Assembly (NCBI GenBank): GCA_009602735.1
Contig: WELA01001939.1
Coordinates: forward strand, 105,526 to 156,462
Reading direction: 5' to 3'
Source of the DNA: Mesotaenium endlicherianum
Lineage: Eukaryota
Length of the DNA stretch: 50,937 nucleotides
Numbering within the stretch: position 1 is the stretch's first letter; every line of letters begins with the position of its first letter. Below are positions 1-11,505 of the stretch, piece after piece. Both the position numbers and the translations under genes were made by a program. The notes beneath the pieces were generated by a model, which searched no databases, had not been told where the DNA came from, and was given only the letters and a program-made list of their open reading frames with translations.

Positions 1-1034
1 GTCTTCCACTCTTCCAGGCAGCTGCGGGGTCCCTTCTAATAACTCCAATTTCCATAGCTGTGGGTCCAGATTCGGATGTGGAAGGGGCTGCAAACACCCG
101 CGTCGCGGGTGCCCGTGAAGATGATGATACGGAGTGCTTGAAATCCAAGGTATCCATCTTATGAGCCACTTCAATAATATTTGATAAGTCCGTCAAGTCT
201 CGCAATTCCACTTCCTTTGCCACCTTGGGCTTGAGGCCAGACACATAACGATCAATCTTGTCCTCGAGCGACATGCTGGGGATCTCAAGAGTGAGGTCAT
301 GAAATCTGGATGTATATTCTTGAACGGGCGTTGTTTGCTTGAGATGGCGAAGCTTTTCTCGAGCAATTTTCTCCGCCTTGATGGGCATGAATTGGTTCTG
401 GAGGGCTTCACAAAAATCCACTCAAATTCATATGATGGTGGGGCCTCTTGGCCGGGTACGGGATGCGCCACAACTTGATATATAGCCGCTTGATAGTTAC
501 GCCACCATGATGTTGCTGCTCCTCTGAGCAAGGAAACGGCAAAAGGGACGTCGTTCTCCTCGGGTACTTCAAGGAATGTGAGGTACGTCTCCACTTGGTA
601 GAGCCACAGATTCAATTTGGTTCCTCTCCCAGGATTGAAAGTGTATGGTTTGCCGAGCTTGATGAGTTTCCTTGCTCTTGTAGGCTCTTGTGGAGGCGCT
701 TGAGCCGGGGCTGGATTTTGAGCGTTGCTCGCAATAGGGGCAACCATGGCAGCCATAGCTTCTCTTGACGCTTGCACGGTTGCTTCATAGGTGGCCAAAC
801 CCACTTTGTTGTGGACGGTCATTAGGAAGGCTGCCCACTCATTTGCGAGAACTCCTTGTGGTGGGGTCAACTTTGCTACAGCGGCTGCCATGGAATTTGA
901 CGGTGCTCCTCCTTGTGGTGCTTCTCGTTGTTGCAGATTTTCTTGAGTGGGCTCTCCCATCGGCGCTGGAGGAGGGTCTCTTGAAGATGAAGTGCTTCCT
1001 TCGAAAGCTTGCTGTTGGTCTTGAGGATCGGCCA
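1..1034 (-). pseudogene. gag: Frameshifted gag of the gypsy copy
   Basis: Translation follows the intact gag (29149-30429) up to PPSY, then shifts frame near 410-430 (EFEWIF instead of ARWADF). The start codon reads GTG where the intact copy has ATG. Confidence 0.85.
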
Positions 1035-1571
1035 CTTCTTGTGCTACCAAAGTGCCTAGCTCCGATACCACTGTAGTGAAACTAATAGATAAAGTACTTA
1101 ATAAATATATTACTTTATCTATTCAAGACAAGGATCTTTGAACACAAGTGGTAGCTTTTTGAAAGAGAGATGGCTTCTTGAAAATTGAAATATTTCTGGA
1201 ACTTGGCAAGTACAAGAGTGATTCTGGAATATCTTTCTATGTTCTAGCTCTTTTTTATATACTTGCTACATAGGTAATTTCTAAGAAGGTGCATGTTGAT
1301 ATGTTGGCACCCAACACATTTCAAAACTTGCCACCTCTTTCAAAATTATAGTACGCATGTCCTTTTGACTTAAGAATGGCACATTTGACTTTTGCCACAT
1401 GGAGTTCTTCTAGCTCCTTCCTCTAACTTCGAAAATGCCTTCGAAGGTTCAAAGGATGAACCAAGTCACTAGAGTATCTATTCACACTTGACCCCACACA
1501 ATACTACTCCAAATATATTCAAAAGCATTAAAATATATGCAAACTAATATATTATAACTCAAATCACTACA
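1..1571 (-). mobile_element. Ty3/gypsy chromovirus copy (5' part: LTR, PBS, degenerate gag); continues beyond window start
   Basis: Reverse complement is clearly homologous to 28609-30230: 500-bp LTR 1571-1072 (TGTAGTGA...TCACTACA), PBS TGGTATCGGAGC at 1070-1059, gag with [11 protein letters not shown] and [10 protein letters not shown] motifs. Confidence 0.95.
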
Positions 1572-1883
1572 ATGCCATTTTAAGGTCGAAAGGACATGCG
1601 TACATTATTCTAGAAAGAGATGGCAAGTTTTGGGATGTGTTGGGTGCCAACACATCAATATGCACCTTCCTAGAAATCATTTGTGTAGCAAGTATATAAA
1701 TAAGAACTAGAACATAGAAAGACATTGAAGAACACTCTTGTACTTGCCAAACTCCAGGAAATCTATTAACTTTCAAGAAGCTATCTCTCTTTCAAGAAGC
1801 TACCACTTGTGTTTAAAGATCCTTGTCTTGAATAGATGAAGTATCATATTTCACTAAGTACTTTATCTATCTGTATCACTACA
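1572..1883 (+). mobile_element. 3' portion of an older LTR of the same chromovirus family, interrupted by the antisense element
   Basis: Matches about 28800-29111 and ends TCACTACA at 1883 with no PBS after it. It begins exactly at the outer end of the minus-strand LTR. Confidence 0.9.
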
Positions 1884-3570
1884 TAACAAGTTCACAGCTT
1901 TCAACTTGTCCCTTCCTTTTATCTCGATCTGTTCTATCTTAATAAGACTCAGATTAGAACACCATATAATTACATGACCCATGAATAAAAACTTAGAAGG
2001 CTGCTGCCTCCATGAGCTCCGTAGCTCGGGCTTGCTCATAAGCATTCTGCTGCGTCATTTTTGCTAGAAACTCTAGAGCTACTGATTGCTTATTTGGTGT
2101 AAGTAGCAATCTGCTAGCTACCTCCCTCGGTGATTTCACATCCATGTCCTCAGTATGACTCTTCACATGCAACAATCTATGCGTGGTGAAGGTAGCAGCA
2201 TTGGATAAAGTATACTTTGACCATGTAGCTCCCTGTGTAATCATCTGTGTCAAGAATAATACAACCACCCGAGGCTGAGCTAGAACCGATTCAAATCCAA
2301 ATGTCTCACAGAATTCTAAAAGTTCTGTTTATATAGATTGTAGGTGTTCAGTGTTCTTGGGGCAAGTGAATAAAGCATTGCTTCTCTGTTGATTGCCTTT
2401 AGCTGTCTCAGCTCAGGTTGTCTAGCTATTTCAGCCACTGCTCACAGGCCACAAGTTTGTACTCTCAAGGCTCTTATCTCACACAAAATAATCCCTTTTT
2501 TCTCCAAAGGCCTTCCTATCTGGACCTGCTCTCAACACAGCCTGGCTTTATCCCAATACACATGCATCTACAACTTCAGGCATCCACTGCTGAGCACTGT
2601 CAATTAGCTTTGGCCACCAGCTAGCGGGCTAACCTGCACACTAGTATCACTAATGGTAGCATACTCCTCTCTCTTTTGGCATGTTTTATGACTTGGGGTA
2701 TCAACTGAGGGGGTTGAAAGCAGTAGTTGTTCTCATCTCACCATGTCACGGACAATGCAGCTACATCTTCAACTACAGGATGATCAAACGGAGAATTGAA
2801 TCTGCCCACTTTTCTGTTTGCTGGGGTGGCAAACCTGTCAATAGTGTGACCCCCATTTCTTGTCCAACTCCTGGAACACCTCTTGTTTGACCTCATAGTC
2901 ATCTTTCTCCTTGGCTTTGGCAATCTTCTCCAGTGTCTATGTTTTATAGCATGGCCACCATCGCAGGTTTGCTTGGAGCCCCCTGTCTCTATCATAGATC
3001 TCTCTAATCACTTGCCACAAATCCTCTTTCTCTGATCCCCCTTCCTTCAACCCATTTATTGCTTGCTTGTTATTGATCTTTACGAGGATCTCACCGCTGG
3101 TCATGTACTTTCCAAGGACTTCTATCATCATCAGCATTTTATCCAACTCAGACATCAAATCTCCTCCAAAGCATGTGCCTCTAATGTTCTTCACTGAGCT
3201 CACTTTTCCAGTGATATTAGACATAAAGAGGGAGAAAACTAGCTCTTCTGATATCTCAATAAAGATCAAGCAATGTAGGCTCTTGCATGTTTTGAATGTT
3301 TGCACCATTGAACTCATTCAAATGCTCTAGCCAAAATCTAAACTCATCTCTAACATAAGAGTTTCTCTAGACGTTGTCCTCCTCATCTTTCTACCTTCTC
3401 ATGGCTTAGAATATTCTCTTGGTGTATGCATAGGAAAGATCCCAAATGCAATTCCTATTGCCATCATCTGTCCAACTGCAGATGCCAGCTCCCTAGTTGG
3501 GACTTCTTGGTTCAAACTTGCTATGTCTAGCAAGGTGTTTATTTTAAATGTCAATCTGTCTCTCTCTTGG
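1884..3570 (-). mobile_element. Decayed DIRS-type (tyrosine recombinase) retrotransposon: RT-connection, RNase H, methyltransferase-like domain, N-terminal part of YR
   Basis: Minus-strand translation across stops and frameshifts gives PTRELASAVGQMMAIGIAFG (~3400-3520); ILVKINNKQAINGLKEGGSEKEDLWQVIREI..LRWWP (RNase H, ~2940-3170); DDYEVKQEVFQELDKKWG/HTIDRFATPANRKVGRFNS..ALSVTW*DENNYCFQPPQLIPQVIKH (MT-like, ~2670-2905); SLAPRTLNTY..FCETFG..VVLFLTQM..AATFTTHRLLHVKSHTED (YR N-terminus, ~2100-2385). The order RH-MT-YR is that of DIRS1-like elements. Confidence 0.8.
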
Positions 3571-4016
3571 CAACAACGGACCACCAGGCGATTGCATGGC
3601 AATTAGAGGAATGACCGTGAATGGTCTTGGTGGTGGGCTAGGACCATGAAGGTAAAAAGAGGCTAAATATTAGTGGGCACCTTGGGAATGATTAGGGAAA
3701 CTAGAAGAAATAGGTAGAGTTCCTGCTTGTGAGGGAGAAGGGCCAATGGCTGCACTGACGTTAGCAAATAGAGGAGGGCGAAGTATGGAGGGCAAGTGCC
3801 CTTGGAGGGACCTGCTCAGGAAATTCATAAGAAATGAAATATACAGCTTTCCACGGCTCATTATTTGAGGGCAACATGGCTGGACGCGCTTAGTGAGAGT
3901 TGCTACTTGAAGTGAGAGTGAAGTGCATCATTTGAATGAAAGCAAAGAACTTGAGAGGGAAGAGAACCGGGCGGGAGAATCAATTGAGGGACCTCACGCT
4001 GTGAAGAGCATAAATC

Positions 4017-4240
4017 GAGAAACGAGCCTAGCCCTAGAAAAATTTGAGCATGCGGGCATGTCGCAAACTCGTGCAAACCGAGTGACATCCCGCGATTAGT
4101 GCGCCTGACACACGTGTGCACTCCAGTGTGATTGAGAAACGAGCCCAACCGCAGAAAAATTCGAGCATGCGGGCATGTCGCGGACTCGTGCAAAACGAGA
4201 GACATCTCGCGATTAGTGTGCCTGACACACGTGTGCACAC
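4017..4240. repeat. Tandem duplication, period 117 bp, about 2 copies
   Basis: GAGAAACGAGCC...GAGCATGCGGGCATGTCGC...CCTGACACACGTGTGCAC starts at 4017 and again at 4134. Confidence 0.9.
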
Positions 4241-6301
4241 TAATGTGGTTTCAGGGGTTGAACAATGGGGGGGAAATTCCCCTTCGAGAATCCGGGTGAA
4301 ATAGCGCCCAAAGTTCAAGGTTTTTAGCACCCTGAAATCAAATTGTCAAAGTTAATACAGTGAATTAGCGACCTAACAAATATGTATTTATAGCGTCCTG
4401 AAATCAAACTTGGGAAATTTAGTGACAGGATTCAAAGAATTATGCCTCCAAATTAAAAGCGGCAGAAAATTAGCAATCTTCCCCCCGTGGGTTGAACTCT
4501 CTTCGGGGTGTGTGCCTCGGGGCCGAGAAAAAGGCATGTACCGAACGTAATTGCATATTTTGTTTCTTGGGGTTGTGAAATTTGTAAGTGGCTTCCGGTT
4601 GCACAATTCGTCGACAATCAGAATGTAGTGTAATTTGTCGTCAGTAAGGCGCCCCTCATGTAACTTTTTGAGGGGGAAACCAGTAAGGGCCTCGCACGTG
4701 CGCGCCGGACTTCCTTGTCGTGTCGGCGTGTCCGGGATGGTTCGAGATCATTGGTGAACCTTTCATCGACATCGGTGCAAACTTGGAATGCGCCGGGCCG
4801 GCGCAGTATAAGTGCTCGTTTGAGGTCGGCATCGTCACTTCATTTTTTTGTGTGTTTGTGCAGGGACGCCTGACGAGGTCCGACGGGCCATGGCCGCCGG
4901 CGGGAGGGAAGCGGGGGGGGCGGACCGGCCGAGGTAAGTTGTATCGACCCTCCCTCGTCTTTGCGGTTGTCGGACATGGCGGGGCCCCTCTTCTTGCTTG
5001 GCCCCGCCTTATTTTTGTGATGGTTCATTTTGTTGCTTTTGTTGATTCTTCTCATTGGGTTTTGACGTCGACAGGTAGCCGTCGACGTCGACATTTCTAG
5101 TTTTGTCGTGCACGTTTCTATTTGTTGTCATCGTTCGGGGGTGTCCGTGAGGGGAAATTGTCGGCCCCCAAAAATTGAATTCGAGCATTAAGGGCACGAA
5201 AGAGATACAGACCAGTATCACAATGATTGCCACTAATTGCTAGGACATCGTGCACTGAACGATAATGCCACTCGTTTTCGTCCACATCGGGCAGCAAGTG
5301 CTTACGTCTTCTAAATCGCATTTGAGCCGTATATGTTCTGATCACGTATCTCCCCAAGAATTGGACGTTGGGACTGAGCGACATTTTGCCATTTTCGGCC
5401 TAATGCGTAGTGGCCCAAAATGTCCTGTCTAGAGTCTAGACCAGTCCAGACTCCAGAGACCGTCGAGGAGGGGAGGTCGAAGCGCGTGCGCAAGAACGTA
5501 CAAAAGTTGTTGCGCTGCTCAGCTGGCGAGCTCCACATCGTGCAGGATCATGGATAAACGGATATAAGCTTCAGATTGCTGACGTCTTTTTGTTTAGGAC
5601 AAGAGACGGTGGATTGAGATGGATTGCGTTGGACTTTTCTCCGTTATATTCAGCAATTCGTGGACGGTCGTATCTCCTTTCTGCACGACGTTTCAAGCGT
5701 GGAAGAGCAGGGAAGAGTGGCTATCTCATCGAACATGCGATTTTGGTGGCGAGCATGGGTTGCCCACGGGGTCTCGTCGGGTCTCGTTGCTCGGAGAGCA
5801 ACGTCACGAGCAACGTCTCGCTCAGCTTCCCGAGAGAAGTCAGAGCATTTCAACCTGATTTTGTCTGACTTCTTCATTCCATTTCACAAGCGAGAATCGG
5901 ATACAGTCGGCCAAATCCACCTGATATCTCTAGCTTAGCTGAGGTACTGACGTTTGTCGCGTGTGCTTACCCGTGCTCACTCATGCTTCACCCTCACAGC
6001 TCCCCGGAAAAAGTCCGCCAAAACAACGCCAAAGCTCCGGGCAACTGAAGGATAAAGACAAAAAGTCAGTCGTGAATGTCTTCATTCTGAAGATGCGTCG
6101 TTGAACTTCCTGATCTGTATATACTCGGGGCCACATTTTTCATTCTGCTTCATATGAAGGCAGATCATTGTTGAAAAGGTTGCGCAAGGTTACGAGTCCA
6201 TTCTGCTGTGTTTGCCAAACTGGGCTGGAGTTCTTGCATTGAGTGTCGGAAGTGCCTTTCCTGGTTGTCAACCTCGCCGGCAAGAAAGGCTACTCTGAGA
6301 A

Positions 6302-8325
6302 ATGGCGTTGGCTCGCATGATCGTGCAGCTCGTCCTGATGTCGACCCTGGCAACGTCGCTCGTACAAGGTGAATCCAGCAAGAGGCTTGAATGCTTCATA
6401 ACGCCGAGTTTCCCTCCCTCCTTTTGTTGTGGAAGCTTTTGATCAAGACGCAAGCTTTTCACGTAAAAGCGGCAGGCATTGCCTAAGTATTCTACGATAA
6501 GAGGGACAAAGTCGCCGCTGCCATTGAGCTTCACAAATGCATGTATGGATGCCCAATGTTTTAAACGACTGAAGCGAGTCCACTGTGTGCCTTGTGCATT
6601 CAGGTGAAAGAGGAGAATTGACTTCATTTGGCAGGCGTGCTCTACTTGGTTCTGGTGAACCTCCTCTTGTCAACTTCACAAGCTTTGAAAAGCTGAAGGT
6701 GTGAACCTCCTCACGAGAGCCTCTGACTTTCCAACTATAGGTACTACCGTGAGGTCATCATTCTGTGAGCTTGTGAGCACTTGAAAGGGGGAGAATGAGG
6801 ACCAGGGCAAAGAAGAGGGTGAATGGGAGCGCGGCCATTGTTGTTCACCTCAGTATATTCACTGAAGAATCTGGTATCCTCGCTAAAATTGCTTCTTTTT
6901 TGAGCTGTTGAGTTACTTGGTATCTTCCAGAGAATGATACAGATATTTGTGACGTTTTGAACGTCATATCTTGGATGCATATGCTAGTTCTTGGTGCATC
7001 TACAACTCCATATTGGTTGAATGTTTTGAGTGTGACACGTCGCATGACATGCATTTCAGCAAGAAAAATAGACGTTAAACAAATAAATTGACAATGATAT
7101 GTCATTTTTAGATTGTACACTTTCACAGGTTATAATGTACCACTTGATGATATAATGAAATTTTAGCATTACTTCAGAATTATCCACATTTCTGACACGC
7201 TGCTCCATCTCTTGACATGTGGCATGCAGGCTTCTGAAACAGCAGACAACGCTAGTGGTGATCGATTCGTCCCAGCCAAAGCTACAACTAAGGGGCTTGG
7301 GACAAAGGCGATCAGTGAGTGAACATGACCCCTCTAGCTCTTCACTGTACATAAATATGACAATAGACGAACTTATTGCCATATATGAGAGCTCCAGTAC
7401 CACGACTTGAAAGACTACGAGTACCATGACAGATATACCACAAGTGCACTATATGCCATACACTGTGCAGTTGTCATACCATTGTCACCCCCCATCGAAC
7501 ATCGTGTACTTCTTCTAGGTGCCTGCATGGAGTATCGGCTAGATTCTGACAACAAGTAGGCACACATTGTCCCTTTCTTTCTTAAAGAGAACCTGATCTA
7601 TATTTGGCGTGTCAAGAATAGGCCTGTACATCAGTATTTTCTTCCTTGGTACTCGTCAAAGAACCACAGACGGGTTTTATGCAGGTTGCTATTTTCCCGC
7701 GCTGTGCGGCCCCAACGCCCAGTGCTTTATCAATGGTGGGATACAGTGCATATGCGACCTCGGCTACACTCGTCGCAACTACCAGTGCGTTCGTAAGTGC
7801 ATTTGTACACAAATGGCCTCAAGCTCGCAGCCTGGCTGCACCCCTTTTGTAAGCTTTGCCCTTAGAGAGGTCTACTGTCCAATCTCTCTGGCTTGCTCAT
7901 GCAACTCCCGGGCTCCTTCCTGCCTGGGACTCATATACGGCATTTTGTTCTCATGGCTATGCTAGCTCATGCAGGGCCCTTGCTGGGGTAGCTAGGTCTT
8001 TTGTGTTCAATTTGATCAGCTCCCTTCTCATTTTAAGTGTAATTTTTTTTACTTTCCTCATGCTTGCGGGTCAATGACCAGTAATGTTTTTGGCTACGCT
8101 GACAACAAGAAATTTATGCACTTTCTGGTGTTCTTCACACGTATGCACCACTTGATGTGACTTATTCCGGTCTGATCTGCCTACATATGCCCTGTGATGT
8201 GCACAGCCCCGTGCTCGGGAGTGAAATGTCCGGCCAATGCAGAATGTTGGAGCTTCAATAGCACGGCTTTTTGCGTCTGCCGAAAGGGCTTTAAAGTTGT
8301 GAAGGGAAAATGCGTGCGCCGCTAG
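6302..8325 (+). CDS. Secreted precursor protein with two EGF-like domains (157 aa, 5 exons)
   Basis: Exons 6302-6368, 6604-6698, 7230-7314, 7685-7792, 8207-8325; all introns GT-AG with matching phases 1,0,1,1; total 474 nt. Protein: MALARMIVQLVLMSTLATSLVQG-ERGELTSFGRRALLGSGEPPLVNFTSFEKLK-ASETADNASGDRFVPAKATTKGLGTKAI-SCYFPALCGPNAQCFINGGIQCICDLGYTRRNYQCV-PPCSGVKCPANAECWSFNSTAFCVCRKGFKVVKGKCVRR*. Both Cys modules have six Cys and the CxCxxG[YF] signature. Confidence 0.8.
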
Positions 8326-10079
8326 GTAAGCATGCACTTGCAGGCACTACTCGATGTTTGGTAATTGTCCGGCCAGGCTTAGGTGGAGTTTGGGGGATCT
8401 TATGTTTGAGCTCTATGATCTGGAATAGCGACAATGTTTGGTTCCCGCAACTTCTGATGTATGCGATTTGGGTCATTTGCTTCAATGGGTTGCAGTGTCT
8501 GACCTTTTAGTGTAGGTGGTCACGTGCTTTGTATAACTATGTGACTGCGAGTAGTCTTGAATCTGTGACAATGTTTACTGAATACCAACTGCTTTTTAGT
8601 GTAACTTTTGACGTTGTCACTGATGACCAGTGTGCCACCCGGCTTTGTAACATACATGCAGGCCAAACGTGTGAGAAGAGATATAGGAACAGCACCATTC
8701 GTTCGTTTTTGACAATACAGCAAGTTAAATCGATGCATATTTAATGAAGTGTGGCGGCGTGTGCACCCTCTTTATATGGTGCTAGGACTGGATAATTACG
8801 CACGATTGTTCTAGAGCTTCCTTCTGCAGTATACGTGAAGGGTCAGTATAGCAGTGAGATTTTTAGGAACTTTGTGAGTTAAATAATTGTGTACTAGAAT
8901 TTGCGAGAGGGTCTTATTGTGCCCATTTAATCAAGCAAGATTACCTGCGTGGAAGGAGCCATAGTGGAAGGCTCTCGACTTACCTTGCTAGAAAGCATTT
9001 AAGATGTATACATAACGAGGTATGCAACTCTTCTATAATGAAGTGGGGTTTTCTACTTCTCGTGTACTTCATTTCTCTCTTGCAGAGGTGGCACTTCACA
9101 ATGCCGCTCCTAAACTTGTGTGTATGCAATTAACATTGATCCTTGAGGACGCTTATACTCAGGGGTGAGGATGCATTAGTGTTTGTAGGCAATCTCCCCG
9201 CACCCTTCCCCCTATCATGAAAGAAATTGCCAAGGAGGAGTTTTTCGTATGCTGGGAGGCTTTGCTTGCCTTGCATTGTCGGTGTAATTGGTCAAGTATT
9301 CAAGCATTCTGGTATTCAAGTAATCAAGTTAATTGCGTACAAAGAGGTCAAGGTCGCAACTTCATTTACTACCTCATTAGTGCTGGTCAGCCTTTGGATG
9401 TTGCACAAGGGGTTATGCAGCTCTCCTACAAGAGATAATTGCTGGGCCTGTTGGGCAACATCCTTCACGGAAGATCCGAGGCACGTGGAATTCATCCTGA
9501 TGAAACTCAGTGGCTGACAGCCTGATAAACGATGTCAATACCATACTACCATAGAGATCTAAAGATTGAGGCAGGTTCTTGTGCACATAACAATCTTAAA
9601 AATGAAAATTAAGTTTGACACATGTAACATTTAGAAACTAGCAATCTGGGCATATATACAAAACTCAATATCTAGGGGAAGGGAGTGACTGCTAAGTCCC
9701 CAATGAAGTGATGGTGCATCTTCAATCCAAGCAACATCGCAAACAATATGCCAACAATCCCCATCACTCTCACCTTTGCTCCAACATCTGCTGAACACCT
9801 TGGCAGCCGTAGCACGTGGCCGCGGACGCGCTAGAAATGACTTCTCAATGAGCACAACCAAGAGGGCACCTCAGCCGCATGACCAAGGCCGCCGCTGCTA
9901 CAGGACCTGCCGGCCCGCAGCCTGGCACGGTGCGGCAGAAAGACTCAAACGCCACAAGCATCATCACCAAAGCAGCACTTTTCATTGCAGTGTCAGGTCA
10001 ATCCGCAGTAGCTGCTCTGGCAGAGTCGCGTCTGGGCTGCTGAAGACTGCCCCCCACTGGGGCCCCCTAACGGCACCAC

Positions 10080-11505
10080 CTAGCAATGTTGCGTGCTCTT
10101 GGGCGCCGCCCTAATGAAAGGTGGCATTTCACATGCGCCGCTTTGCCAGCAGCCACCCTTTGTTTCCGGCGGCTTCCCAGCGCCACCTGCGCAGCTGCTC
10201 TGTGCAGCTTTGGGCTCTAAGAAGGCAATAGCTGGCTTCTCGCTCGTGCTGCTCTTGCAGCAGCTCCCTCCAGACTTCTTCTCTGTTGGCAGGTGGCCGC
10301 CTGGCAGCTTTCTAGTGCCTCCCATGCAGGTGCTCTGTGTGGCTTCGGGCTCTGACGACGCAACAGCTGGCATTCGAGACGTGCTGCTCTTGCAGCAGCT
10401 TCCTGCAGACTTCTGCTCCGCTGGCAGCCTGCCACCTGGCATTTTTCCGGCGCCTCCCGCGCAATTGCTCTGCGCGGCTTTGGGCTCTGACTCTGCGACA
10501 GCTAATGTCCCACAAGTGCTGCTACTGCAGCAGCTTCCTACAGACTTCTGCTCCGCTGACAAACTGCCACCTGGCGGCTTTCCAGCCCCAGTTTGAGAGC
10601 TGACCTCAATATTCTTGGCCACTGACTGAATGACACCTGGTACTCCACAATTGCTGCTCGTGCAGCAGCCAGCCTGCGCTATCTTTGGTTCCGCTTGCAG
10701 GGAGACACCTGGCGGCTCTCCTGCATCATCAGTGCAACTGCTCTGCAGGCTCTTCGGTACTACTGACGTGACACCTGGCACGGTGCACTTGCTAATTTTG
10801 CAGCACTTACTCTTGGCTCTGCTTCCGCCCCACTGGTACGGTCCCACCTGGCAGCTTTTCAGCACCACCTGCACAGCTGCTCGATACCACTTTGGGTGAA
10901 GGTTGCGTGACTGCTGGAGCTACACACGAGGTGCTGCCCTTGCAGCAGCTGCTCTCATCCTCCTCGGCTTCATCCTATTCACAGCCAGTGCCACCTGGCA
11001 GCTTTTCAACACTACCTCTGCTGTCCTCGTCCCACTCCTGTGTGGTGCCACCAGGCAGCTTCTTAGCGTGACCCATGCACCTGCTCCGCGTGCTCTTGGG
11101 CAGCAGAGGAGTGACACCTGGCGCTCCGCATGCGCTGCTCTTGCAGCAGCTGCCCTGCGCCTGCCTGAGCTCCACCAAGGGGGTGCCACCTGTCAGCTTT
11201 CCTGCACCACCTGCACAGCCGCTCTGCAGTATTCCGTCAGCTGGCAACCCACAAGCCCTGCTCTTGCAGCAGCTGGCCGTGTGTGGCCGTGTGTGGCCGT
11301 GTGTGGCCGTGTGTGGAAAAGCGCCACCTGGCGGCTTTCTAAGCCCGCCACCTCTCCAGCTGCTATGCTCGCTCTGCGGCACCATTGGCTGGACACATGT
11401 CGGCTTGCATGCCTTTCTCTTGCAGCACTTGCCCTGAGACAGGCAATTTTAGACAATGATGAAGCGACATCTGGGTCCCCGCATGTGCTGCCTTTGCAGC
11501 AGCTG
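10080..11505 (-). pseudogene. Degenerate Cys-rich coding repeat array (45-aa/135-bp units with Cys-Cys pairs), probably the metal-binding C-terminal tail of the adjacent HMA gene
   Basis: Units such as QKSAGSCCKSSTSRMPAVASSEPEATQSTCMGGTRKLPGGHLPTE; the CC codons recur at 10257, 10392 and 10527 (135-bp period). About 9-10 CC motifs lie in several frames, with stops and frameshifts. Confidence 0.65.
11274..11316. repeat. 10-bp tandem repeat (TGGCCGTGTG) x~4 inside the Cys-rich array
   Basis: Directly visible in the sequence. Confidence 0.9.

Noticed and set aside
4252..4272. CAGGGGTTG as an hAT terminal inverted repeat
   Set aside because: I found no matching inverted copy, TSD or transposase in the window.
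6165..6679. Minus-strand ORFs with a vague HMG-box-like word (KPLAGFTLY)
   Set aside because: Better explained as the antisense of exons 1-2 and intron 1 of the EGF gene.
9672..9775. Hydrophobic stretch VMGIVGILFAMLLGLKMHHH on the minus strand as a TM anchor for the Cys array
   Set aside because: It follows a strong AAG|GTGAGA donor and upstream stops, so it is probably intronic or chance.
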